A stretch of 64,000 nucleotides of DNA. It comes from Picochlorum sp. SENEW3. Its lineage: Eukaryota. Of the stretch, positions 28,878 through 41,074 are shown one piece after another. The stretch lies in contig CP120457.1 of NCBI GenBank assembly GCA_034226945.1, positions 186,001-250,000 of the forward strand, in the 5' to 3' direction. Position numbers and translations under genes: made by a program. The notes under the pieces are model-generated. The model worked only from the letters and a program-made list of their open reading frames with translations, made no database searches and had not been told where the DNA came from. Each line of letters starts with the position of its first letter. The first letter of the stretch is position 1.

Positions 28878-29850
28878 TCACCATTCTATGATGGATCTGT
28901 CCCAGGCAAAGAATTGCCCATTCTCATCAAGGGTACAACTCTCAATGATCTCTAAAAGCTGCTGCACTCCACGTTCACGTGAAAACAGCTTTCCATCGGG
29001 AACATTACGATGCCAAGGTTTCGATAAATCTGTATCACACGTCCCAGGGTGCAGCAGAATAGCTGCGACGTTGTGGCCTCTCCTCGCCAGTTCAAGAGAG
29101 AGACATTTTGTCAATTGATTTAATGCTGTCTTCGAGGACCGATACGAGTACCAACCCCCAAGTCTATTGTCACTTATACTAGATACTCTTGCAGACATAT
29201 TCGCTATAATTGCTGGCCGCGCTGAATCTTTGCCGCCCTCTATCAACAAGGGTAGAAATGCTTGGCATGTAAGAATCGGCCCGACTGCATTTGTTTCAAA
29301 GGATCTCATCAAATTACGCCGATTCACTCTCGTATAACTCGTCTCTGGTTTCATTGAATCGTCATGCAAGATTGCTGAGCAGTTTATGAGGCGATCAAGC
29401 TTTCCATACCGTGACGAGACATGTTCAAACGCTCTCTGAATATCCTCATCACGTGTTGTGTCCAGGCAGACAATATCCAGCCTGTCACCATACAGTGATT
29501 TCAATTCTCTCAATCCCTCAGCTTTCGAAGGGTTTCTACAAGATGCTATTACAGTCGAGTTGTCATATCGATTGAGAATTTGACTCGCATATTCTAATCC
29601 CAAACCTGAAGAAGAGGACAACAGGAATATGAGGCCAGGATTGTCCCACCAAAGTAGCATGCACCATTGAGAACAGCGCCATTAAGTTATCATTATAATT
29701 AACATCAGTACCTCTACTAGCGCCCTGAATGAGCCATCTCGTTGGTTCTGCCGAAGAAGAAGCAGACGACGCATTCGCCCTATGCAACTGCAAACGCTTG
29801 CCTGCGATTGGCAGTCTATTGTATCCGAATGTCGACCAGAGTAATCTCAT
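28878..29850 (-). CDS. CsgA/C-factor-like short-chain dehydrogenase/reductase; exons 29850-29712 and 29605-28878
   Basis: Spliced GASRGLG, SARVSSISDN, YRSSK (YxxxK), LHPGTCDT. Confidence 0.88.
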
Positions 29851-30008
29851 GATTAAAAAAAAGTATAGACAAACTTTTACAAGAGGAAAAGATTAGGGTA
29901 AGTCAATTACACAGGTAGAGAAAGGTTTTCACTTGGATGCCTGTCCTCTTGTTCAGTTGAGTTTTCATCACGATGACATGATCGATCGCCAGCTGGTAGA
30001 CTTGGTAC

Positions 30009-30647
30009 TTACTTTTCCATACTTGCTTGAGCTGGGGCTTGTGTTGTCTGAATTCCCCAGTCAAAGTCCTGTGGCTGGATCTTCTCAGCAGCCCAGTCCT
30101 GTCCACGAGCAATTAATTCCATATAATCTTGGATGATAGCCATCTGGCCCACGTAAGGGATGGTGTTCGTGGTGCAATCTGGGTTGCAGAAATTTCCGTC
30201 AGAACCACAGTTGGCGAGGCACCCTGGTGCTACTGGGAGGTTGTACTTGTCGCGAATGGCCTTTCTTGTTGGACCTGCAACCACTCCGCAGAGGCAGATG
30301 AGTGAATACAACGTGTACTTCAGGCAATGATCCACCTGTCTTCCTCCATGCACTTTTTCGGCAATTTCTCCGTAGAGCATGCCATTACCGCAAAAGCCAA
30401 CCAAGCCTGCATATGATGATGTAGCGGTCAGTGTCGAGGCAGCTCCGGTCGAGGGGGGTAGGTAACGGCTCGGCGACTTCCGTCCGGCACTCGGAGCTCG
30501 GGAGCGCACCAAACCATATCTCGTCGAGCAAGGAAACTTTTGGAAAAAAAATTAATAAAAATCTCAAGTTAAACAAAGGTGAAACGCACATACGACAGGA
30601 TCGTCGAGGCAGCCAATAAACTCGTGGTTCCAGTTTCCAGTACTCAT
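30009..30647 (-). CDS. PLAC8-family Cys-rich membrane protein; exons 30647-30590 and 30406-30009
   Basis: Spliced MSTGNWNHEFIGCLDDPVV|CLVGFCGNGMLYG...TRKAIRDKYNL matches the PLAC8 pattern. Confidence 0.75.
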
Positions 30648-31028
30648 AGTGAGGGTAAATCAAACGTATTTACAGGGATGTTGACAAAGCAAAAATCTTT
30701 AGATTTATGAATTCCTGTCGATTGATGTGGAAAGCAATGTTCGTGATGATACGCCAAGGTTTCAGATTCACCCGAGATCTTTCTGCCACGTCATCCACAG
30801 GAGAAAAATAGCATGATGCTAGATCCCTGTCCAGCAACGTGCCCGATCGATGCCCCTTGTTGTTGATCAAGGCACCCAATCAATCCAAAACAGTCCATGA
30901 TTATGATTGTATTACATATCTATCATTGATTTGATCTCAACAGTATACCTCTTGGTGAAGACATACCACTGGATGACGCCTTGCTCTACGACATACCCTG
31001 TAGAGAGACAGCATGCTTGTGTGACACA

Positions 31029-31937
31029 TTATTGTTTCTGCTTGACACACTCTAACAATTCACCACTGGCATGCATCTCCTCAATAATGTCAGCTCCACC
31101 GACAAATTCACCATCGACATAGACCTGGGGAATAGTAGGCCATTGGCTGTATTCTTTGATTGCTTCGCGGAGTCCAGGATTGTATACTTCATCAAGGACA
31201 TTGACAACCTCAAAGTCTTGCCCAGAAATTTCTGTGAGCATGGTCAAGACTTTGTAAGAGAATCCACAGGCAGGCTCATAGCGAGTTCCCTTGACGAAAG
31301 CAACCACACGATTGGTTTTGACCACCTGATCAATCAAGTCATCAATGGAGCATGTCAAATCTTCGAGTCCCTTGCCAGGAGTAAGCTTGATCTCTGGCTT
31401 GGCCATTCTACGGCGCCGTTGTTGCCACATTTTCTCTCCAGGAGCATTTCCTGGAGGAATAGAGCCAGTGTCTTCGACCGCACTTTCGATCCATGCCTTC
31501 CAAGCCTCTGTAAGCTCCTCCTTGCCAGCACCAGGCATCTCTCCAACCTTGACAGAAGAAACCATATCTGGGCCCAGCGCCTCGATATGCGTCTGAATAC
31601 TAACTGCAACCTTGCGTGAAATTCCGATGTATTGCAAAGAATCGTCTTTGTCGTATACAGCGTAGACACCGGGCTCCAATGTAATGTCAGCAGATATCTG
31701 CTGTTTGTCTGCAGTCAACACTGCAACTTTGTCACACTCTCCAAACGTGGCAGAAGCCACAATGGAGCTGAGACGTGAACCTTTTGTTGCAATAGTTTGG
31801 ACCATTGGCTTGCAACGTGGTACCTTTGGTGCTCCCATTCTGGCATACAGGACAAGGCTTTTCTTGCCTACAGTGCCAGGGTGCATTCTGGTCCCCATGC
31901 AGGACGCATTCTTCCATTGGCAATGCAACATTGACAT
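31029..31937 (-). CDS. GRXS16: Plastid monothiol glutaredoxin with N-terminal GIY-YIG domain
   Basis: PGVYAVYD...QYIGISR (GIY-YIG-like) plus CGFS and WPTIPQ. Confidence 0.92.
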   Translation of the reverse strand: MSMLHCQWKNASCMGTRMHPGTVGKKSLVLYARMGAPKVPRCKPMVQTIATKGSRLSSIVASATFGECDKVAVLTADKQQISADITLEPGVYAVYDKDDSLQYIGISRKVAVSIQTHIEALGPDMVSSVKVGEMPGAGKEELTEAWKAWIESAVEDTGSIPPGNAPGEKMWQQRRRRMAKPEIKLTPGKGLEDLTCSIDDLIDQVVKTNRVVAFVKGTRYEPACGFSYKVLTMLTEISGQDFEVVNVLDEVYNPGLREAIKEYSQWPTIPQVYVDGEFVGGADIIEEMHASGELLECVKQKQ

Positions 31938-32275
31938 TGTTATAAGCTATAATTCTCTATGAATATCTACTATTGCTGGATGGCGATATGTTCGTTTCTC
32001 TTCCGTCGGTCTCGTCACACAGGGATGGCACGTGCCCACAGATGGTTCGATTATGAGCGAAATATGCGTGATTTTATACTCTCAAGAATCAAATATATAT
32101 TTGAAATGCATCAAAACCGCACAATGAGTCTGCATCGATGGCGTTGTGCCATGCACGTTTTGATCCTGTGATGGCCATGGGGTCTTTCGTTTACTTCATC
32201 CCAGTCGAAACCTGGGTTGATATTCCATGAGCAGGCCAGCCGAGTCCTCAGTTGAAGATAGAATATGAAGAATTA

Positions 32276-33423
32276 ATGGGGCAAGGGTCGAGTAAGCCTT
32301 CTGAGGAGGTTTTGAGGGACCTGCCAGACTCAGAGCGTTACTTTGGGTTCGAAAACTTTGGCAATACGTGCTACTGTAATAGCGTTCTTCAGTCCCTCTA
32401 CTTTTGTAAATCTTTTAGAAACAGAGTACTGGAGTATAAGCAGGATATAGCTGATGGAACTCGCAGCCCTGAAGAGCAGGAGACGATTTTGAGTTGCCTT
32501 GCGGACCTTTTTGAGTTGGTACGTGACTCTCAAGGCATTGTTTTACTAGTTTCATGCCTTATGGACAATACTGTGTCATGTAGGTGGCGAGAAATAAGAA
32601 GAAAAGTGGGTATATTGCTCCCAGAAAGTTTGTTGGTAAAGTCAAGTCTGAGAATGAGTTGTTCAGGTCGTTTGCCCATCAGGATGCACACGAATTCCTC
32701 AGTTACTTGTTGAATGATATAGCAGAAACTCTTTCATCTGCGAACAAAGCCCATGGACAGGACGTCGGATCAGATGCGGGCCCCCAAACTTGGGTTGATG
32801 AACTATTCCGAGGAAAGCTTGTGACAGAGACAAAGTGCCTCTGGTGTGAGAATGTGACGAAACGGGAGGAGCCGTTTTATGATTTATCATTGGAGATTGA
32901 GAAGAATTGTTCTTTAACGGCGTGCCTACAGCGCTTCTCATCTGCAGAGACGATGCGAGATGACGAGAAATTTTTCTGTGATCGGTGTGGCAGGAAGCAA
33001 GAAGCTGTGAAGCGAATGAGGATAGGTAGCACACCTCGCATACTCTGTTGTCACTTTAAGAGGTTTAAGTATGTTGAAAGTGTGGGGCAGATGCGAAAAC
33101 TGACCCATCGGGTTGTCTTTCCATTTGATTTGAAACTTCGAAACACGACAGATACATGCCCAGACACAGATGCGAGGTTTTCCCTGTTTGCTGTCGTCGT
33201 GCATATGGGTGCCCACATGAATCACGGGCATTATGTAGCTCTAATAAAAAGTCATGATCAATGGCTCTGCTTCGATGATGACCAGGTCATGGCAGTCACT
33301 GAAGCACAGGTTCGCAGTACATTTGGCCACCCACAGGACCCCATCATGCGACCGAATGGGAGCATGACTGGCTCCATGGATCATGGATACATTTTATTCT
33401 ATGAGATGGTGTCAGATGATTGA
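32276..33423 (+). CDS. Ubiquitin-specific protease of the UBP3/4 (USP12/46) type; exons 32276-32518 and 32584-33423
   Basis: GFENFGNTCYCNS, HQDAHEF, HFKRF, HGHY; MG N-terminus. Confidence 0.92.
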
Positions 33424-33469
33424 CCATTCTTCGTGGTGATGATATTTTATATATTTACATATTTACCCT

Positions 33470-34226
33470 TTAATAGCAAGCGGCACTTGGACGAGATGCC
33501 TTGTATGTGGTCTTGTAGACACGGCTACTTGGGCGAACCATTCTTCTTGGAACTGGGAAGCTGATCTTTGAATCGTGGAACTGAGTGATGTTTGGTCTCT
33601 TGCAATCAGCTGCCTTGACGGTGGCCGTCTTAATGATGGAGATGGCACTATGTCTAGCACGGTGTCTACTTCCCATTTCCTGGTACATTTGTTCTACAGC
33701 GCCGTTAAGTGTGGTATCTCTGTACTCCTTGTATGCATTATGCACTCCGGTACGAGAGTTATATCTAACCCAGATGCCATAATTCTTAATGGTGGTTGGG
33801 TTCTTCTCGAAAATTTCGTTCACTGCGAGAATCTGACCGTTAGCCTTCTTCACACGACGAAGCTTTCTCAAAAAGTACCAGAACTTGGACTTGGCCTTGA
33901 CCTCGTCCCTAGCCCACATCTTCATTCTGTAAATCTGAGGGTTTGGATCCTTCTCAGTTGGAACGTGACGTCCAACAATCTGGAACTGACGGTACAAGAA
34001 CTGCATCAACCAAAGAACAACATAACGGTGTTAGCATTTATGTATGTATTCTTCTACAAGATCAATGCTCAGATCAGAGGGGGGAAGGGTTCCTCGCAAC
34101 CTGCCAGCAGACATGGCCATGGCCATGTCTGCTGCCCATGCACCCGTGGCCATCCATGCCCATCCATGCCATTACTATGATAAAATTCAAAAAGAATTTA
34201 TTCTCATATCCAAACGAGCATGCCAT
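33470..34226 (-). CDS. RPL18A: 60S ribosomal protein eL20 (L18a); main exon 34000-33470, probable ATG-only first exon at 34226-34224
   Basis: QFQIVGR...AKSKFWYF...[23 protein letters not shown]. Clear acceptor TGCAG at 34001; the first exon is inferred. Confidence 0.9.
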
Positions 34227-34802
34227 TCCCTGAGGGAGGCAGTCTGTTCGATGACAAGGTTCCTCGTCGGCGGACAAAGATACAGCGCTGCGGTCGCCTT
34301 TCCCCCTTTACAGCGTTGAATAACAATCGACGTATAGAATAATCGAATATTTCTACGCCCGATGTATTATTAGTCGCTGAAAGCACCCAATATTGGGTTG
34401 CACTCTATATCTCAGCGGCGGCCAGTCCGAAGAGACCAGTCCACGCTTCTCTATTCATCCGTACCTTGACCATCTTGTCAAATAGAATAATATATAGACT
34501 AATATAATATATTAATGGCCAGGCTGGCTGTTGTATGTGAAACCTCTACTCCAGAGAGTGTTCTATGCGGCCGGCAAATTGCGACTCGCAATGTAATTGA
34601 TACCCTTCCGATCCATAGGAGCATTTGACCGATGATGTGCACCTAGCCCACTCGCACCGAGCGAACGAGTCATCTTTTCACATGTTTTGACAAAGACGAG
34701 GGCAAATAATATTCTAAAAACTATATTTATCTTAACAGATACCTACTGTATCGAATACTGGCGCATATTAGACGGAATACTGCTACAGGAAAAGAATAGA
34801 CC

Positions 34803-35763
34803 ATGGCTCAGCATCTTGCTACCATTTTCGGTACCGAAAAGGATAGGGTGAACTGCCCTTTCTATTTTAAAATAGGGTATGTGGATTATAACGTATATTT
34901 GTACTGTTGTTGCTGTCCTTTCTTGTGTTTATGCTGTTTTCCAACTCTTGTCTTTCTTATACTCATTCCTATTCATTGTTTGCAGGGCATGTCGTCACGG
35001 AGATCGATGTTCTAGAATACACAATAAACCCACAATTAGTCCGACTATTTTATTGCACAACCTGTATATGAATCCAGTGTTGAATGCTCCCCTTGGGCCT
35101 GATGGACTGCCCATTCCTGTGGATCCCCAAAAGGTTCAGCAGTTTTTTGAAGACTTTTACGAGGATGTATTTCTTGAACTTGACAAGTATGGTCGGGTGG
35201 AACACGTATGTATCTGCGATAATTTAGCTGATCACATGGTTGGGAATGTGTATGTCAAGTACAGGGATGAGGAAGCTGCAGCAAAGGCGCTCAAGGGCTT
35301 GCAAGGACGATTCTACGCAGGGAAGCCGATTCAGGTCGAATTTTCACCCGTGACAGATTTTAGAGAATCTACATGCAGGCAGTATGAAGAAGGAACATGT
35401 ACAAGGGGAGGGTATTGTAATTTTATGCATGTGAGACCAGTTTCCAAAGAGCTTCGAAAGCAATGTTTCGGTCGCTATGGCGATGGAACGACTGGTTCAA
35501 CGCAATTTCATGTTGGAGCGCCACCTCGAGGAGGAGGCAGGAGATATGATGATCATAGACGGAGCTATGGGCGTCGGTATGATGATCGCAGAGGATACAA
35601 TAGTAGATCATACGATAGAAGAGACAGGCGGGATAGATATGACGGACGATATGATGATAGGCGTGGAAGAAGAGATAGATATGACGATGACAGGCATCGC
35701 CGACGCGACGACTCGGCAGAGAGACGAGCTCGAATTGCTCAATGGAATGCAGAAGCTCGATAA
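34803..35763 (+). CDS. U2AF35: U2 snRNP auxiliary factor small subunit; exons 34803-34876 and 34986-35763
   Basis: [38 protein letters not shown] domain, second CCCH finger, RD/RS tail. Confidence 0.96.
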
Positions 35764-35772
35764 TAATAACAA

Positions 35773-36925
35773 TCAATGGAGTTGTGTCCATGACCACCAT
35801 AATATTGTAAATATTCCTGTTTCCAAAGCTATTCGCCCAATAGTGTTTCGAACATCATCTGGTGATGGTTTCCTAGAGCCAGCTAAATCTCTAAACCTAA
35901 GTTTTCCTGAATCATGTGTCAGTGCATAACAGACACCACGCATGTGACCCTTCCCAAGCACACCCACGACACGCTTCGTTCCATTCACGGCCTTCGATCG
36001 CTTCAAACTCCATGCTAAATACAAATCTCGTTCGAACACAAGCGCTTCTGCAACCTCAGGAAAGGCGTCAGCAAGGGCATACAGCATGGCATTGACTGCA
36101 TCATCATCCTTCCTAATCTCCTCTAATTTCTTCACATCTACTAGATTGCTATTTGAATACTGAAAGCCTACAATGACAAGTTTCAAAAAATTGATCTTCT
36201 GTCTCAGTGAAAGACTTTCCCACGCCCTCTTGAGAGTCACTTCAATTGGCCTATCACCCAACACAACCTGCGCATCTATCGCCTCCGCCGCCCTCCTCGC
36301 TGCAACAAACTCCATACCAGCCTCAACATTCAACCTATTTGCCATTCTTGAAGCCACTTGGCTCAACAACAGACGCAACAGAAGTGCACTTTGACCTCCA
36401 AGCGCTACAGACCTCTGAAACGTCTCAATCATATTCTCACCAGTCATATCCAACAAATTCTTCCCAGAATTATCCAATTTCCTGATCGCACTAGCCTCAT
36501 ACATCACTGATGATCTACTCTTACACAATTCCACCACAACATTCTCTGGTTGTATGGCAGATATCACCCTGTCTACTTCAGCTGCTGCTTGAACGGACAC
36601 ATGCGCCGTCCCTAGCACAAATACAATCTCGGGCTCTCTATATCCATCAGTTCTCCGCTCTACGTAGTCATCAGGCCTCGGTATCGCGATTAATGTCCCT
36701 GGACACATTTGAAAGAAGAAAGAATTATAGTTGGGTCAATGCTTCACCACAGTCGGCTCCATTCGTACCTTCATCGGATAAATCCTTCAATTCTGGATAT
36801 TCTGATTCAATAATTGCTCGAGAACGCTGTTGTAGTATCCGTCTGTGGTCATAATCCTTCGGAGGACGAATGACCTTTCGTGGTTCTGCCACAGCTGCGA
36901 CTACCACAGCCTTTAAAGAATTCAT
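35773..36925 (-). CDS. TraB-domain protein; exons 36925-36769 and 36698-35773
   Basis: LGTAHVS, VVVELC, LGDRP, ERD, GKGHMRG motifs. Confidence 0.88.
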
Positions 36926-36936
36926 TTTACAAATAT

Positions 36937-37908
36937 CTATGAAATATCTAGCAGCTGGGCCATCGCCTCTTCTCTACCACGCAGGGATCCACCAACAGTG
37001 GATTGCTCCATGCTATTTGAAGAAGAAGAAGAAGAAGAAGAGGAAGTCAACCCAATCACTCCTTCTGGCTTTCTATTCATCGCCACCATGGCGATACACA
37101 ATGCCACATCTTCCCTTGGAATACCACCAGACGCCTGTCCATCCTGTGATATACCAACGGACACGGAGCCACCAGGTGCATTGCTCAGTGCTGCAGCATC
37201 CACCTGCACTATTGTGTACTTCAAACTAGAATCGCTCAACACAGTCTCTCGAGACACATCTGTCAATTCTCTATATTCCTTTCCAGGAAAGAAGGAGGCG
37301 ATACCTGTCGGCTTGGATCCAGAACGGGCCCCTGACAACAACACTACGTGTGGAACCTTGGCCTTTTCCAACACAGCCACAAGCCGGGCTGACACATTTC
37401 CACACAGAACAACAGATTGACTGACCCGACACGCTTTCAATACCCCATCAATGGATGTGCTCTGCACGACATCGACATATGTTCCGTACCCAGCTCGCGC
37501 CTGAGCAGTGTCCTTTGTTGCAACACATACAGGAGCTCTCATCAGAATGAGCTGAAGCAGCACCTGCTCCGCCATCGGGCTTTCTTCTGAATACAGTACC
37601 ATGATTTTATCTCGAGGCCCTTGCATGTCGTCTTCCATATCCCCATCATCTTGAACACCTCCATCCTTTGGTAACACCTGGCCCTCCTGACCATACCATT
37701 TTCGAAGCTTCTTCCCAGCATACATGAAATCCAACAGCTCATCCCCAAAATTACCTTCTCCTCCATTACTACTACCCTTTTTGCTATGACATTGTACCAA
37801 TCGGTGCTGCAAAGGAGCCCGAGACAGTCTCCCACCACACCCTACTCCTTGGGTGATGCAACCACCCATGGAGGGTCGATGAGACACACTCTGATATGCC
37901 ATTGCCAT
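36937..37908 (-). CDS. Plastid-targeted NAD(P)-binding Rossmann-fold-like protein
   Basis: Transit-like N-terminus; C-terminal SLKYTIV...IPREDVA typical of atypical SDR/NmrA proteins. Confidence 0.7.
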   Translation of the reverse strand: MAMAYQSVSHRPSMGGCITQGVGCGGRLSRAPLQHRLVQCHSKKGSSNGGEGNFGDELLDFMYAGKKLRKWYGQEGQVLPKDGGVQDDGDMEDDMQGPRDKIMVLYSEESPMAEQVLLQLILMRAPVCVATKDTAQARAGYGTYVDVVQSTSIDGVLKACRVSQSVVLCGNVSARLVAVLEKAKVPHVVLLSGARSGSKPTGIASFFPGKEYRELTDVSRETVLSDSSLKYTIVQVDAAALSNAPGGSVSVGISQDGQASGGIPREDVALCIAMVAMNRKPEGVIGLTSSSSSSSSSNSMEQSTVGGSLRGREEAMAQLLDIS

Positions 37909-38473
37909 TTAATTGTATACATAAGGAATATCATGCCCTATAGGCAACCATATGGGCCCATGGCAGGGTCTGTCGAAGAGGATATTCAACGTCCCATCAA
38001 ATGCTCATCTGGATGGGATGGAGTCCCATCTCATTCGAGATCCCTCAGACCTCCCGTCAGGAGGAGGATGAAGACGATGTCAGTCTCTGGATAACTCCTC
38101 TCATTATTATCTAGTATATAAACATCCATCTTGCAGTATATCATCGTCATAGCACCACCATGTTGGAGGCAGTGTACAAGGTTTGTTGTTTGTGACGCTT
38201 TTTCTCTTTTATTCGACTATGGTTTGCTAGATACTGACTGAATATCTGTTTTTTGTAGACATTTATGCGCAGAAATAGCGTATATATAGCGTTTATCATC
38301 GCGGGAGCCTTTGCGGGAGAAAAAGCTCTGAATGGGACAATTGATTCCATGTGGGAGTCTAGCAATAAGGGTAAATTGTTCAAACATATGGAAGCCACGC
38401 TGGAAAGTAACTCTGAATAAGTATTATGATATTGTTTTGTAAAAGATTGAAAAAAAAGACAATGCCAGTATTA

Positions 38474-39420
38474 TTATCGTGGTGAAATAGCCTGAGCTTC
38501 TGGGCTGAGGACTTGGTCCATGATTTCCTGAGGTACCAATTGGGCACCGAGTTTTGTCTCTGCCTCTAGCATAATCTTTTTGGCTTCTTCAGAGTCTGTT
38601 GCGTAGAGTACTTGTTCGACGATTCGAAGAACTGGGACATCTGCAAGTTCAGGGGCTTGGCACAGAATCTCAATGTCACGGAGCTTGTCAAAGTAAAAGT
38701 CTCTCTCCCTCTCGGCTGTATCTACTTTGAGCCTGAGCTCTGTGACTTCTTCCATCAACGACTGCACTTTTGACTCCAACTCTGGATCGACAACGTGGAC
38801 TATTTCCTTCTCTACTCTGGCAGCCTTGATGGTTGATTTTGCATTCCCTCGTGAGGATACGACGGCAGGGCTCTGCGCAACCTTCTTCGTCACTGCTGCA
38901 ATTCGTCCTTTAGGAGCACTCGAAGTGGAGTACTTTTTCCAGTCCCCAGTCTTGCAATTCTGCCTCCTCTCAACAGCACTGTACTCACTTGCCACATCCT
39001 CCCCATTGGTGACGCTGTCCCAGTATCCTTTGAACCACTGCATGAATTCAATACTATCTTGACGCTTTCCTTTCGACAATTGGTTGACGTTGAATGCTTT
39101 ATCAACCTTCATCTTGGTGAAGGCCCTCTGAAGTTCTTTATAGTTGTTGACATACTCCCAATCGTTCCGAACGTTGAAGTCAACCCGCTTCATATTCACC
39201 GACCCAGGGAATAAGCAATCCATCAATTGGCATGCGACTGCTCCCGAACACGTCTGCAGAGATGAACACGTGTGAGCAACCGCATCGAGATTCATTCGAG
39301 TGTCATGCGTCATACCTCTTCAATCTTCTCAAGCCTCAAAGATAAAGTATTATTAAGCCATTGAAGGAGCTGGGATTGTCCCAAGAACATATTCTCCGCC
39401 ATAAGGCCTCGATTCGCCAT
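38474..39420 (-). CDS. EB1: Microtubule end-binding protein EB1; exons 39420-39316 and 39253-38474
   Basis: CH domain (LLQWLN...CSGAVACQ...EFMQWFK) and EBH motif ERERDFYFDKLRDIEILCQ. Confidence 0.95.
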
Positions 39421-39755
39421 GGTTGGTACAAGTGGTTGGTCGTTAGCAAGTCGGTATTCTTGGGTGCCACTGAAGGTATCCTCTTGCTGCGTATTTCACA
39501 CTTTTGTAATCATATACATGATTTGGTATGAGCCAGGGAAGTACTTAATGGCTTAGGATGCCTCACGTGCGGCATGGTTGACGACGGTAGCGGTTACCTA
39601 TTTACTCTCCCATCCACAAGAGTGTTTGATCGGAGATACTGTGTTTTCTTCGGAATCTTGGCATCTTCCAGTGTTTGGACAGAATGATTCTCGATCAAAC
39701 GGGTCAAACTCCCCAAAGATGGGCCTATGAAATGTAGTTTTTTTTTCAATCGACT

Positions 39756-40838
39756 ATGAGAGAGTCCACAAAGGTTGTTGTGTATACCCTGCCAGCAGGC
39801 AAGCAGAAAACAAAACATCATGTTTTGCCGGCATGCGGGAACGACTTGGCAACAGCGCCACTATTGGGCGATTGCGACAATGCGATATATGAACTGGGTG
39901 TAATAGAGACAAAAAATAGATTGCCTGTGTTGGAAATCGCAAAGCGTCGACCGATTGCTTTGTTGGGGATGATTCCCCGGCCTGTAGTATTGTTTTCGGC
40001 AGGGGCGCTGTCTGGCGCAATCGCCAAGACATTAACAGCGCCGCTTGATAGGGTGAAAATATTGTTACAGGTTCGAGGGGGGCTTCAGAAAGGGGCGATC
40101 GCGGAAGCTGCGCAGAGCGGATCGCTGTTGAAATCACTGATAGCTGTAGGAAAGCAGGAGGGTATTGGTGGGTTCTGGAAAGGGAATCTTCCTCAGGTTC
40201 TCCGAGTTGTGCCATACTCTGCAGCTCAGTTATACTCATATGAGGTATTCAAGCAGCTTTTTGTGGACAAGAGGACTGGGGAGCTTAATGTACAGAGGCG
40301 ATTGGCTGCAGGAGCATGTGCTGGTATGACTGCCACCATCCTGACACACCCACTTGATACATTGAGGCTTCGTATAGCAGTAGATCCAAAATGTCGTAGT
40401 TTATTAGGCGCTGTAGCTATTCTGGCAAAGGAAGGTGGTTTGCCTGCATTTTATAGAGGACTCTGGGCTTCTATGGCAGGTATTGCACCATACATGGCTC
40501 TTGAGTTGGCAACGTATGATATTTTGCCCAAGAACATTCCATCATTTGCCAGAGGATTCACATCTGCTTTGATTGCAACAGCATCTTGCTATCCTCTCGA
40601 TACAGTGCGCCGTCGCATTCAACTCGAAGCTGCAAAGTCCATTCCATGGGGTGTTGCAGCTGGTGCTATTCTTAGAGAGGAGGGCATTGGAGGAATGTAC
40701 AGAGGTTTCTTGCCAAATGCAGTTAAAAATCTTCCAAATAAAGGGGTCAAGCTGACAGTGTTTGACAAGGCGAAAACAGCCTACAGTGTTGGAACTAGTG
40801 CTCTTGAGGAAGAGAAAAAGGCATTGGGACTTGAATGA
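39756..40838 (+). CDS. Mitochondrial-carrier-family protein, plastid TAAC/PAPST1-like
   Basis: Three PxDxx[KR] repeats (APLDRVK, HPLDTLR, YPLDTVR) and FWKGNLPQVLRVVPYSA. Confidence 0.88.
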   Translation: MRESTKVVVYTLPAGKQKTKHHVLPACGNDLATAPLLGDCDNAIYELGVIETKNRLPVLEIAKRRPIALLGMIPRPVVLFSAGALSGAIAKTLTAPLDRVKILLQVRGGLQKGAIAEAAQSGSLLKSLIAVGKQEGIGGFWKGNLPQVLRVVPYSAAQLYSYEVFKQLFVDKRTGELNVQRRLAAGACAGMTATILTHPLDTLRLRIAVDPKCRSLLGAVAILAKEGGLPAFYRGLWASMAGIAPYMALELATYDILPKNIPSFARGFTSALIATASCYPLDTVRRRIQLEAAKSIPWGVAAGAILREEGIGGMYRGFLPNAVKNLPNKGVKLTVFDKAKTAYSVGTSALEEEKKALGLE

Positions 40839-41074
40839 TTGAAACATTTGATTATGACCTACCATGATATTCATGTACGCATATTGATTCTGCTGTAATG
40901 CTCCAACGAGATGATTATATTGATTTATGATTGTGTGTGGTTCAAGGACGGTTGTGTGCAAATTGTCCTCACCCAATTCTGCATAGACAACACACATGGA
41001 TCGATTGAGGGGATCCAAGACTAGGCGGTGCACCTGTAATTGATATAGAACAAAGACATATATAAGTTTTTTAA

